Below, piece after piece: positions 30,541 to 38,550 of a DNA stretch of 40,887 bases. The stretch's first letter is position 1. Each line of letters opens with the position of its first letter. This DNA is from Clostridia bacterium (GTDB taxonomy: Bacteria > Bacillota > Clostridia > TANB77 > CAG-508), in the NCBI GenBank assembly GCA_017434295.1, contig JAFRFO010000097.1:1-40887 (forward strand), in the 5' to 3' direction. The notes under the pieces are model-generated. The model saw nothing but the letters and a program-made list of their open reading frames with translations, was not told the origin of the DNA and did no database searches. The translations under genes were made by a program, and so were the position numbers.

Positions 30541-31061
30541 TGAAAGAAGTTTGGAAAGACATAAAAGGGTATGAAGGTAGATACCAAGTAAGTAATTTAG
30601 GTAGAGTTAGGAGTTTGGATTATACATACAAACAAAGCCATGGTTATAGAACAAGAGAAGGTAAAATTCTAAAACCTTCTCTAAAACCTAATGGTTATGT
30701 AAGAGTATCATTAACAAGAAATAAACAAGTTATGATTCATAGATTAGTAGCTGAAACATTTATACCAAATCCTGAAAATAAGCGAACAGTAAATCACAAA
30801 GACGGTAATAAAGCAAATAATAGAGTAGAGAACCTAGAGTGGAATACACACAAAGAAAATAACAATCATGCAACTAAAAACAACTTAAATAATTGTGCAA
30901 AAAAAGTTATTTGTTTAGAAACGAAAGAGATATTTAATTCCACTCATGAAGCTGATAGAAAATTCAAAGGAAACGTTTGGAATTGTTGCAAATATAGAAA
31001 TAGAACAAGTGGTGGTTATCATTTCATGTTTTTAGAGGAATATAATGAAAATCTTATCTGA
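30540..31061 (+). CDS. NUMOD4-HNH homing endonuclease
   Basis: [23 protein letters not shown]; HRLVA...[18 protein letters not shown]; C-terminal NUMOD1-like domain. Confidence 0.92.
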   Translation: MKEVWKDIKGYEGRYQVSNLGRVRSLDYTYKQSHGYRTREGKILKPSLKPNGYVRVSLTRNKQVMIHRLVAETFIPNPENKRTVNHKDGNKANNRVENLEWNTHKENNNHATKNNLNNCAKKVICLETKEIFNSTHEADRKFKGNVWNCCKYRNRTSGGYHFMFLEEYNENLI

Positions 31062-31563
31062 AAAACAGGTTCATACAGAAAATTTTGCTGGAACTGTGGA
31101 TTTGATAACAGGTATAGATGATTTTGAAACACCTGAATTAGCTTATAACGAAACTTGGCACACTTATCGACTTAAAGGAAAGATAATTCCTAGTGTAACG
31201 AGATTATTAGATGACGGAACATACTTAAATGTAGACCCTAAAGTATTGGAATCAGCTCAAATGAGAGGAACTTTAATACACAAAGAGATAGAAGACTATC
31301 TAAAACATCAAATAAAAGGCTATACAGATGAGTTTTATGAGTTTTTAGATATTTATACTAACAACAAAGAAAAGTTTGAAGAAAAGGCTATTTTTGATAT
31401 AAAAACGTATAGTCAAGCATCTCCAAAGAACAGAGAAAAATGTTTGAAGCAAGAAAAGATGTATGCTGAAGCAATTAAATACCTAACAGGTGAAGATATA
31501 GAACACTTTTATATGATACATCTACCTAGAGGTAAAAAAGGAAAATTAATAGAATTGGAGTGA
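31045..31563 (+). CDS. PD-(D/E)XK exonuclease-like protein with permuted segments
   Basis: AGTVD, HTY...PSVT, RGT..H, DIKT and Q...Y motifs are all present, in non-canonical order. Confidence 0.75.
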   Translation: MKILSEKQVHTENFAGTVDLITGIDDFETPELAYNETWHTYRLKGKIIPSVTRLLDDGTYLNVDPKVLESAQMRGTLIHKEIEDYLKHQIKGYTDEFYEFLDIYTNNKEKFEEKAIFDIKTYSQASPKNREKCLKQEKMYAEAIKYLTGEDIEHFYMIHLPRGKKGKLIELE

Positions 31564-31567
31564 TTAT

Positions 31568-31762
31568 ATGTTAGATTTTATCTTTGATTACTTTGAAGTA
31601 ATTTTAGTTATAGTAATGATTATACTTCTTATTATAGCAACAAACTATCAATTTAAAGAACAAATAAAATGTGAACAAGATGGTGGAGTAGCAATAGAAA
31701 GATTTATGAGTTATCAATGTTTAACTAAAGAAGATTTGGAAAAGTTGAGAGGAGGAAAATGA
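31568..31762 (+). CDS. Small membrane protein
   Basis: N-terminal TM helix, C...GG......C motif. Confidence 0.65.
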   Translation: MLDFIFDYFEVILVIVMIILLIIATNYQFKEQIKCEQDGGVAIERFMSYQCLTKEDLEKLRGGK

Positions 31763-32178
31763 TGAATCAAGTAGTATTAACAGGAAGATTGACTAAAGAT
31801 GTTGAATTAAAACACACTCAAAGTGATAAAGCAGTAGCTAGTTTTACACTAGCAGTTGATAAATACGGAGAAGGAGCTGACTTTATAAATTGTATTGTAT
31901 GGGGAAAACAAGCAGAAAACCTATGCAAATACCAAGAAAAAGGAAGCCAAATAGGATTATCAGGAAGAATATCAACAAGAAGTTATGAGGATGATAAAGG
32001 GAATAAAAGAAACATAACTGAAGTTGTAGCTGATACTATCGAATATTTAGGTACAAAGAAAAAAGATGCACCTGAATATGATGCAGTAAACAACACAAGA
32101 AAAGAAGAAACAACACCTTACGATATTAAAGGTGAAGGCAACGGAATAGAGATTAGTGATTCAGACTTGCCATTCTGA
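31759..32178 (+). CDS. ssb: Single-stranded DNA-binding protein
   Basis: NQVVLTGRLTKD...ADFINC; C-terminal SDSDLPF. Confidence 0.95.
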   Translation: MMNQVVLTGRLTKDVELKHTQSDKAVASFTLAVDKYGEGADFINCIVWGKQAENLCKYQEKGSQIGLSGRISTRSYEDDKGNKRNITEVVADTIEYLGTKKKDAPEYDAVNNTRKEETTPYDIKGEGNGIEISDSDLPF

Positions 32179-32181
32179 TAG

Positions 32182-32712
32182 GTGATAGTTATGGAAGTAA
32201 CAGGAAAGATAGTAGACCTAGAACTAGATTATGCTTTACATAGATCAAAAGTAACTTTACAATTCGACAATCAAAGAGTTATTGCTACTGACGAGTGGAC
32301 TAAACTATCAAATGCAGAAAAGATAACCATTACATTAGAAGAACAAATAGAAAAAAGAGGTACAAATGCAAATTCAGCTTTATGGGTATTGTGTAATAAG
32401 ATAGCAAATAAGCTAGGAACAACAAAAGAAGAAATGTATATCATGGAACTAAAAAAATACGGGCAATCATTTTTAGTTCCTCTTGTACCCGGTATAAATC
32501 CTAAAGGATATTTTAAATACTATGATTTTAGAGAAAAAGGCGAAATAAATGGAAAACATTGTAATTGGTATGTAGTTTACAAAGGTTCTAGTGAATATAA
32601 CAAAGAAGAAATGAGAATATTACTCGAAGGAGTAAATAGTGATTGTAAAGAACTAGGTTTAGAAACAATAGAAGACTTTAAAATGAAAAAGTTAATAGAG
32701 GAGTGGGAGTGA
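32182..32712 (+). CDS. NinB/Orf-like recombination mediator
   Basis: R..NANS.LW.LC.KIA...GSSEYN..EM..L..G...C..LG pattern. Confidence 0.7.
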   Translation: MIVMEVTGKIVDLELDYALHRSKVTLQFDNQRVIATDEWTKLSNAEKITITLEEQIEKRGTNANSALWVLCNKIANKLGTTKEEMYIMELKKYGQSFLVPLVPGINPKGYFKYYDFREKGEINGKHCNWYVVYKGSSEYNKEEMRILLEGVNSDCKELGLETIEDFKMKKLIEEWE

Positions 32713-32915
32713 TGACTGAATCCGATAAAATAAAAGAATTAAGTAGGAAAATAAGAGAATTAGAAAAGAAAATAGAAAAACAAAACATAGATTTAATACA
32801 AATGCGAAGTGTATATCAAGGAAATGTAGAATTACAAGACATAAATATAGACCTAGAAAGAAAGATAGAAAGATTACAAAAAAAAATCAAAAGATTAAAA
32901 GGAGAGAGCGAATGA
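32703..32915 (+). CDS. Coiled-coil hypothetical protein
   Basis: Heptad-rich ORF; likely start at ATG 32712. Confidence 0.65.
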   Translation: MGVMTESDKIKELSRKIRELEKKIEKQNIDLIQMRSVYQGNVELQDINIDLERKIERLQKKIKRLKGESE

Positions 32916-32986
32916 TAATAGGAATGATATTAGGATTAATAGTATATTCTCTTACAATGTTAGTAATAATAGGTTATGAGGAGTGA
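32912..32986 (+). CDS. 24-aa hydrophobic peptide
   Basis: AGGAG RBS, ATGA overlap; MIIGMILGLIVYSLTMLVIIGYEE. Confidence 0.55.
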   Translation: MIIGMILGLIVYSLTMLVIIGYEE

Positions 32987-32990
32987 TTAA

Positions 32991-33062
32991 ATGATAGGTT
33001 GGTTATTAATAGTAATATTATTAGCAATAATAATGCTCTTTTTAGGGAGTGATAAAGAGTGA
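32991..33062 (+). CDS. 23-aa hydrophobic peptide
   Basis: AGGAGTG RBS; MIGWLLIVILLAIIMLFLGSDKE. Confidence 0.55.
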   Translation: MIGWLLIVILLAIIMLFLGSDKE

Positions 33063-33391
33063 ATATACAAGCAATAGATAAATGGTTAGATAATGAATAT
33101 GGGGTATCTTATACAAAATTAGAAGAATTACACGACTTTGTAGTAGAACAAGATTTAAAACATAGAGAAGAAAAAGATAAAGAAATAGAAAGACTAAATT
33201 ATATTATTAATGGAATTGATGAAATACTAAAAGAACATATTAACGAATGTAGAGTAGAACTTAATATGATTATGAAGAGTGATGATTTAGATTATGTAAA
33301 TGAGTGTTCAAGAGAGTTTGATGTTATCAGAAAAAATATAGAGATGATAATAGAAAAAATTGAAGAACTAAAAGGAAGTGATAAAGAGTGA
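33059..33391 (+). CDS. Coiled-coil cassette protein
   Basis: KEIERLN...ELKGSDKE shared motif. Confidence 0.7.
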   Translation: MNIQAIDKWLDNEYGVSYTKLEELHDFVVEQDLKHREEKDKEIERLNYIINGIDEILKEHINECRVELNMIMKSDDLDYVNECSREFDVIRKNIEMIIEKIEELKGSDKE

Positions 33392-33597
33392 GAACTTATA
33401 GTCTTACATTAAAAGATAAAATATATTTATTTTTTCAAGAAAATAGCATAAAAAGAATTGCTTATTTATCTCCCAAAGTATATGAACATCAACTTAATTG
33501 GTTTAACGAACAGGGAATAAGAATACCAAAAGACTTTAATAGATATATTTCTAATTATGTAGATAGTTTAATATTTGAATATGATTTAAGGAAGTGA
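33388..33597 (+). CDS. Hypothetical cassette protein
   Basis: Bounded by junction repeats. Confidence 0.65.
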   Translation: MRTYSLTLKDKIYLFFQENSIKRIAYLSPKVYEHQLNWFNEQGIRIPKDFNRYISNYVDSLIFEYDLRK

Positions 33598-33603
33598 TAA
33601 AGA

Positions 33604-33906
33604 GTGAATGATTTATTATTTGAATATAAAGTCAGAACAAAACATAGATTAGGTTTTAAAGAGTTTAGTTTTTATGCAACTACTGATATTGAAGAATTTT
33701 TAAATAGAAACAATATTGAATATGTAAGAAATGCTACCGATACAGTAGAAAGTAGATTATTCAAAGAAATAGAAAGACTAAATAATATAATAAATGAAAT
33801 AGAAGCAATAATTTATAATAATCAAATAACAGGAATAGAAGCACGACTAGAAATACAAGAAAGATTAGATAAATTACAAGAACTCAAAGGAGTTGATAAA
33901 GAGTGA
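33604..33906 (+). CDS. Coiled-coil cassette protein
   Basis: KEIERLN...ELKGVDKE shared motif. Confidence 0.7.
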   Translation: MNDLLFEYKVRTKHRLGFKEFSFYATTDIEEFLNRNNIEYVRNATDTVESRLFKEIERLNNIINEIEAIIYNNQITGIEARLEIQERLDKLQELKGVDKE

Positions 33907-34238
33907 ATATAGGCAAATGGGAAAGGAAACCATTAAAAAAAGAACTTAACGATATAATCAAACTTCAAGAAGAAAGAATAAGTGAATTAAATAAAGAAAT
34001 GATGAAACTAAATGTAGTTATCAGAAACCAAAAACCTATACGAATAGACACACGAGGTTTAGATTATATGGTTGATTTAGAACAAAAATATTTTGTATTA
34101 CAAGACATAATAAAAGAAGTAAGAGAAATCAACAAATATATTTATAGTAATTTAGAAAATATAGACTATGGAGAAGTAAAATGTAAAATTAATAGAACTT
34201 TAGAAATGTTAGATAAAGGAGGTAATAGTAATGAGTGA
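33903..34238 (+). CDS. Coiled-coil cassette protein
   Basis: Starts in a junction repeat; ends LEMLDKG. Confidence 0.7.
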   Translation: MNIGKWERKPLKKELNDIIKLQEERISELNKEMMKLNVVIRNQKPIRIDTRGLDYMVDLEQKYFVLQDIIKEVREINKYIYSNLENIDYGEVKCKINRTLEMLDKGGNSNE

Positions 34239-34539
34239 TATTTACAAAGAAAAAGAATGGGAAGTTAGAAAAAAAATAGAAGAAACTCCAAATATTCCTA
34301 GTGTCTTTGAAAATTATGTCAAAGAGGTGGACAAGTTTATAGATTATCAAATAAAAGATGTTATAAAAGAAAGAGATGAAAATTATTTATTAAAACAAAA
34401 ACTAGAAGCAGTAAAAAACGAAATAAAAAAAATAATCAACGAAATAGAAGATAATCCGAGAACAAATGCAGAATTAAGAGATAAATATAACATACAAAAA
34501 TTAAAAGGTATTTTAGAAATATTAGATAAAGGAGAATAA
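34231..34539 (+). CDS. Coiled-coil cassette protein
   Basis: AGGAGG RBS; ends LEILDKG. Confidence 0.7.
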   Translation: MSDIYKEKEWEVRKKIEETPNIPSVFENYVKEVDKFIDYQIKDVIKERDENYLLKQKLEAVKNEIKKIINEIEDNPRTNAELRDKYNIQKLKGILEILDKGE

Positions 34540-34542
34540 ATA

Positions 34543-34734
34543 ATGAAAAGGCCTGACTTTATAGATTTTATTTTAAAAGATGTCAATAGTGTCAAATTAA
34601 AAGAGTATATAAATACTCTTGAAGATACAATCGAAAGAATAGATGAGTTAGTAAATAACGAAAAAATTACAGGTATAGAATCAAAACTAATAATTAAAGA
34701 TTTATTAAAGGAGATTAACAATGATATTGATTGA
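34543..34734 (+). CDS. Hypothetical protein
   Basis: AGGAG RBS; shares the ITGIE motif with the 33604 ORF. Confidence 0.65.
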   Translation: MKRPDFIDFILKDVNSVKLKEYINTLEDTIERIDELVNNEKITGIESKLIIKDLLKEINNDID

Positions 34735-34837
34735 GATTGGAGTAGTTTTAATATTTATAGCTTTGTTGTTAGAAATTATAACTTATTTAATTGATAATGA
34801 AGTTAAAAAGAAAAATATAAAAAGGAGAAAAAAATGA
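34721..34837 (+). CDS. 38-aa membrane peptide with a basic tail
   Basis: AAGGAG RBS; MILIEIGVVLIFIALLLEIITYLIDNEVKKKNIKRRKK. Confidence 0.6.
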   Translation: MILIEIGVVLIFIALLLEIITYLIDNEVKKKNIKRRKK

Positions 34838-35046
34838 ACGAATTAACAGAAACTCAAAAAAGAGTTTATTACATAATAAAAGATTTTATAGAGCAAAAAG
34901 GTTATAGTCCTTCATTTAGAGAATTAGCAAAGCTTAATGGTAATAATAGTGTAGCCACAATGCAATTTCATTTAAGAAATCTACGAGATAAAGGATACAT
35001 AGATTACACAGATAAATTAAGCAGAACGATAATTATTTTAAAATAG
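34834..35046 (+). CDS. Stand-alone LexA-type DNA-binding domain
   Basis: LTETQKRVY..I..FI...GYSPSFRELA......S......HL..L..KGYI.......RTI. Confidence 0.85.
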   Translation: MNELTETQKRVYYIIKDFIEQKGYSPSFRELAKLNGNNSVATMQFHLRNLRDKGYIDYTDKLSRTIIILK

Positions 35047-35050
35047 GAGA

Positions 35051-35272
35051 GTGTATATGTTTGTTGTTGAATATAAGGGGAACGGAGATTATTTAACAAA
35101 AAGTTATTGGAAAGGAGTAAAAAATCATACAACTATGTTTTTATCAGAAGCACATTTATTTACTCTTTTTGAATTAAAATTAGCATTTAGAACTATTTTA
35201 CATAATAGAGAAAACTATAAAGTTTATAAAATTGATGTAGGAGGTATAAATGACATTAGAAGCGATATATAA
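35051..35272 (+). CDS. Hypothetical protein
   Basis: AGGAG RBS; ORF track. Confidence 0.6.
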   Translation: MYMFVVEYKGNGDYLTKSYWKGVKNHTTMFLSEAHLFTLFELKLAFRTILHNRENYKVYKIDVGGINDIRSDI

Positions 35273-35699
35273 AGAATTAGAAAAATTAGAAAATGATTTA
35301 GAATATTATGAAAATCGTTTAGAATCTTTAAAATCATTAGTCCTTCCAAAAACTACACAATTTGATAAAGTTATGGTTGATGGTGGTAAACATATAGATA
35401 ATTTATTCAAATATGTAGAATTAGAGAATAAGCAGCAGCTAGAAGTAACTATTTTATACATTAAATCCAAGATAAAGGATTTAAACACTCTAAAAGACAA
35501 GGAAATAGACCGACTAGCTAAGTTTGGAGAAACAACTAAAGCAGTAGTCTTCCTGAGAGAAAAGGACTTTATAATTGATAAAAACGGTAAAAAAAGACAT
35601 CTCTATTGGCAAGAGATCGCCGACAAAGTCTATTGCAGCGAAAAATCAGCTAGAAACTGGTATAATTTAGCAATAGAAGAAAGAAAAAAGGGAATATAA
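35250..35699 (+). CDS. RinA/ArpU-like late transcriptional activator
   Basis: Coiled coil plus C-terminal WQEIADKVYCSEKSARNWY HTH; last gene of the rightward early operon. Confidence 0.7.
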   Translation: MTLEAIYKELEKLENDLEYYENRLESLKSLVLPKTTQFDKVMVDGGKHIDNLFKYVELENKQQLEVTILYIKSKIKDLNTLKDKEIDRLAKFGETTKAVVFLREKDFIIDKNGKKRHLYWQEIADKVYCSEKSARNWYNLAIEERKKGI

Positions 35700-35709
35700 T
35701 CCCTTTTTT
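35684..35709. terminator. Bidirectional terminator between convergent operons
   Basis: AAAAAAGGGA/TCCCTTTTTT. Confidence 0.75.
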
Positions 35710-35732
35710 AGTTTAAATCCTTTATTTCAGAT

Positions 35733-35933
35733 TCAATGTTTTTGTTTTTTTAGTTCTTCGTGAGCCCAACGTAAAAATTCGGCTTTATTCATACCATGTT
35801 CTTCTAATGTTTGCATTAATTCTTCATAATCTTTAGTTAAAATTCTTAAATTAAATTGTTTATATAGTTCTCTATTACGTTTTACATTATATGCTACTTT
35901 ATTTTTACGAGCATATTCTGATAATCTAGGCAT
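35733..35933 (-). CDS. Ribbon-helix-helix-like small regulator
   Basis: YKQFNLRI (beta strand), helix, GMNKAEFLRWA helix. Confidence 0.65.
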   Translation of the reverse strand: MPRLSEYARKNKVAYNVKRNRELYKQFNLRILTKDYEELMQTLEEHGMNKAEFLRWAHEELKKQKH

Positions 35934-35960
35934 TTTTATATCACTCCTTCTATGGTATAT

Positions 35961-35989
35961 ATTATATAATATGACAACTTAGTTGTCAA
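35961..35989 (-). promoter_or_regulatory. Consensus promoter overlapped by a perfect palindrome
   Basis: TTGACA-17-TATAAT on the minus strand; TGACAACT-T-AGTTGTCA at 35972-35988. Confidence 0.85.
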
Positions 35990-36232
35990 TTATTTATCTA
36001 ATTTTACTATTTTACTAGTTAATCCTGTTAATTCTTGAAGGTATTTTATAAAATGTATAAAGTCTTTAGTTGTCCAATCTTCATATTCGTTTTCGTTATA
36101 AGATAAAATATCATGATGTACCCACTCTTTTTCAGTTACGGGATCTTCCATATATCTTCCTTCTTTTTCTAATTGCCTAATGATAATCTCATCAAATTCA
36201 TTAATCTCATTTATAAATAATTCTCTTTTCAT
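35990..36232 (-). CDS. Acidic hypothetical early protein
   Basis: AAGGAG RBS. Confidence 0.7.
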   Translation of the reverse strand: MKRELFINEINEFDEIIIRQLEKEGRYMEDPVTEKEWVHHDILSYNENEYEDWTTKDFIHFIKYLQELTGLTSKIVKLDK

Positions 36233-36396
36233 AATAATAACTCCTTTTCTATAATCTTATATTCAGATACAAGTTTTTTATTAGCTCGTTCTGATAATCT
36301 TTGTTCTTGTTTTTTACATAATTTTATATATCGTTCAGCCCCACGATAAGTAGGGGAGATTGATAATAATCGTCCGTTGCATCTTACTTCAAACAA
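36229..36396 (-). CDS. 55-aa hypothetical early protein (absent from the ORF track)
   Basis: TTG start with AAGGAG RBS; MFEVRCNGRLLSISPTYRGAERYIKLCKKQ...; ATGA overlap with the next gene. Confidence 0.6.
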   Translation of the reverse strand: MFEVRCNGRLLSISPTYRGAERYIKLCKKQEQRLSERANKKLVSEYKIIEKELLL

Positions 36397-36591
36397 CTAT
36401 ATCATCTCCTTTACTTCTTTTATGTTTTCTTCAATTAATTCTATTAGTTTTTGTATACTTTTTGTATCTTCTTCAGTATAATCTCTACTTATTCCATTTA
36501 CATACTCATTAAATAGTATTCTTGCGTTCTCAAATAAGTCAAATAATTCACGTTTAGTTAACATTGTGTCCCAATTATTCATTAAAATCAC
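36397..36591 (-). CDS. Acidic helical hypothetical protein
   Basis: ORF track; likely starts at MNNWDT. Confidence 0.65.
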   Translation of the reverse strand: MILMNNWDTMLTKRELFDLFENARILFNEYVNGISRDYTEEDTKSIQKLIELIEENIKEVKEMI

Positions 36592-36784
36592 TCCTTACTA
36601 ATTTATCTATTGTTATTCCGAATATATCGGCTAGTTTTATTAGGTCATCTAGGATAGGGGAGCGAATCCCTTTTTCCCACTTTCCTATAGTTGTATAGTT
36701 TTTATCTAGTCTTTTAGCTAGTTCTTCTTGTGTTAATCCTTTTTTTAATCTTAATTGTTTAAGATTATTTGAAAAATTATTCAT
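36575..36784 (-). CDS. XRE-family HTH regulator
   Basis: LKQLR...GLTQEELA......TTIGKWEKG.RSP. Confidence 0.9.
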   Translation of the reverse strand: MNNFSNNLKQLRLKKGLTQEELAKRLDKNYTTIGKWEKGIRSPILDDLIKLADIFGITIDKLVRSDFNE

Positions 36785-37166
36785 GTTTATTCACTTCACT
36801 ATTAATCTTATTTAATATTTCATTAAAAGCACCTATAAAGTAGTCTTTTTCAAAGTACTGTTTTAAATCTTCTAAATCTCTTTGAAAGTCTAGTAAATCG
36901 ATTGTTTTATAACTATAACTTTCCAATAAATCAGTAATCCATTTTACATTAGTAAAATCTTCCTTCGCCATTTTTATTAATTCATCAGAACAATCTTTTA
37001 CTATTTCATACTCTCCACTATTCATTAATAAGTCTTCTTGGATTGTCTCTATTAATAAGTTTTTCATTTCCTTATAATCCATTAGCTTTTTATAATCACT
37101 ATTCAAATCTACTATAAAATATTGTTTAATCATCTTAATCACTCTCCTCATATAGTCTATAAACAT
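36777..37166 (-). CDS. Acidic hypothetical early protein
   Basis: ORF track; likely starts at MIKQY after a GAGGAG RBS. Confidence 0.7.
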   Translation of the reverse strand: MFIDYMRRVIKMIKQYFIVDLNSDYKKLMDYKEMKNLLIETIQEDLLMNSGEYEIVKDCSDELIKMAKEDFTNVKWITDLLESYSYKTIDLLDFQRDLEDLKQYFEKDYFIGAFNEILNKINSEVNKHE

Positions 37167-37353
37167 AATATTTTATTAATTCTAATAATTCTTCTTTAAC
37201 TTCTTTATTTCCATCAAAAAAAGACAATATACTTTTTATTAAATCGGTTCTATAATCATAATCTTCGTAAGAATCGTCCCATACTGTATTAATATCATAA
37301 TCAATGTTTTGATATATTTGTAATAATTTATCTTTATTCTTCATTTTATACAA
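37135..37353 (-). CDS. Acidic hypothetical early protein
   Basis: AGGAG RBS; Asp/Tyr-rich. Confidence 0.65.
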   Translation of the reverse strand: MYKMKNKDKLLQIYQNIDYDINTVWDDSYEDYDYRTDLIKSILSFFDGNKEVKEELLELIKYYVYRLYEESD

Positions 37354-37358
37354 TCTCC

Positions 37359-38204
37359 TTAATATTTTTTGATTGGTAATACCAATCCTTTTTCATTATC
37401 TTTATTGATTATTACAATAGGTTTATATTCATTTTTAGGTACGTATACATTAATATCAGTTCCTAGCACGTCTATTACATTTTTTAAGAAGATTATATTC
37501 ACGTTCATATTGTTTATTTTATATGTCTCTACTTTTGCGTTCTTTTTATGTAGTTTATAAAATTGTTCCATGTCATTCAGATCAATTTTTACTTCTTCAT
37601 AATCTTCTTCTATATTAGGGAAGATATTCTCAAAGTTCGGATAAGTTCCACATATACAATTCTCTTTTCCATGTTTTTTAGCAAGTTCATTATCAGAAGT
37701 TACTAATTTTAACGGCATATTATCTTCATGAATCATAATTGCATGATAACTATCAGTTACACATTTATAATCTCCTAAAATTCCGTATCCAGTTAATACT
37801 GGTCTTACTTCATCTTTTGCAGCAACTCTTTTTATTGCATTTATTCTTGTCTTTGAAGTTGTTTTATAGCAAGTTTCTTCTCTTATTTTTTGTTCTAATT
37901 TATCTTTTAATTTTAAGAACTTCATTACATTCATATCATCATTCATAGCATCTACCAAATCATTGTAGATTGTCTCTAATTTTATTGTTTTAATATCAGT
38001 TTTTACTTCCTTTTTAACTTCTTTTACTTCTTCTTTAGGTTGTCTTTTATACCAACACTTTTTAGTTGCGTGGTATTTATATTTATTCTCTTTTAGTTCT
38101 TCGCGTTCTTTTTTTGTAGGGATTGTAGCAAAGTATAATTCAATTCCCATGTGTTCATTATTATATTTTTCAGTATAACTTGTTATTAAGTTCATTCTAT
38201 TCAC
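37359..38204 (-). CDS. Fusion of a small N-terminal domain and a partial DNA polymerase III beta-clamp-like region
   Basis: DEVRPVLTG...TDSYH, YPNFENIFP, NIIFLKNV, KP......GLVLPIK mirror DnaN C-terminal-half motifs. Confidence 0.65.
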   Translation of the reverse strand: MNRMNLITSYTEKYNNEHMGIELYFATIPTKKEREELKENKYKYHATKKCWYKRQPKEEVKEVKKEVKTDIKTIKLETIYNDLVDAMNDDMNVMKFLKLKDKLEQKIREETCYKTTSKTRINAIKRVAAKDEVRPVLTGYGILGDYKCVTDSYHAIMIHEDNMPLKLVTSDNELAKKHGKENCICGTYPNFENIFPNIEEDYEEVKIDLNDMEQFYKLHKKNAKVETYKINNMNVNIIFLKNVIDVLGTDINVYVPKNEYKPIVIINKDNEKGLVLPIKKY

Positions 38205-38437
38205 TCTCCAATCTCTTCTATATAATCTAATATTTCTTGATTAATTATGCTTGATATATAATCACTTTCGATAAACTTATTGTATATCTCTTCAGTTGTT
38301 TCAATATCTCCTTCAGTAATATCTTCAATATCCATTTGATAATCTATAACTTCATTAAGAATTAAAGCTCCAATAAAGTTTTTATAATCTTCGTTTCTAA
38401 ATTGATATAATAATCTTTTAATAGTTTCCTTATCCAT
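38201..38437 (-). CDS. Highly acidic hypothetical early protein
   Basis: AAGGAG RBS; very Glu/Asp-rich. Confidence 0.7.
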   Translation of the reverse strand: MDKETIKRLLYQFRNEDYKNFIGALILNEVIDYQMDIEDITEGDIETTEEIYNKFIESDYISSIINQEILDYIEEIGE

Positions 38438-38519
38438 TTTATTTTTCTCCTTTTTTGTGTTATAATGTTTTTGGGATACTCCTTATCCCGTGTTAAATCC
38501 TTTACTCTAAAGAGTAGAG

Positions 38520-38550
38520 AAAAGAGACTATTTTTTATAGTCTCTTTTTT
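38520..38550. terminator. Terminator-like hairpin after the second SSB
   Basis: AAAAGAGACTA/TAGTCTCTTTT. Confidence 0.65.

Larger units (their letters stand above)
33045..33906 (+). repeat. Four copies of an 18-bp gene-junction repeat GG(A/G)(A/G)(G/T)TGATAAAGAGTGA
   Basis: At 33045, 33374, 33590 and 33889; each supplies an RBS and a GTG start. Confidence 0.85.

Noticed and set aside
33045-33906. 18-bp repeats as a CRISPR array or integron attC sites
   Set aside because: Spacing is 216-329 bp and filled by ORFs; repeats are non-palindromic RBS/start junctions; no cas or integrase gene
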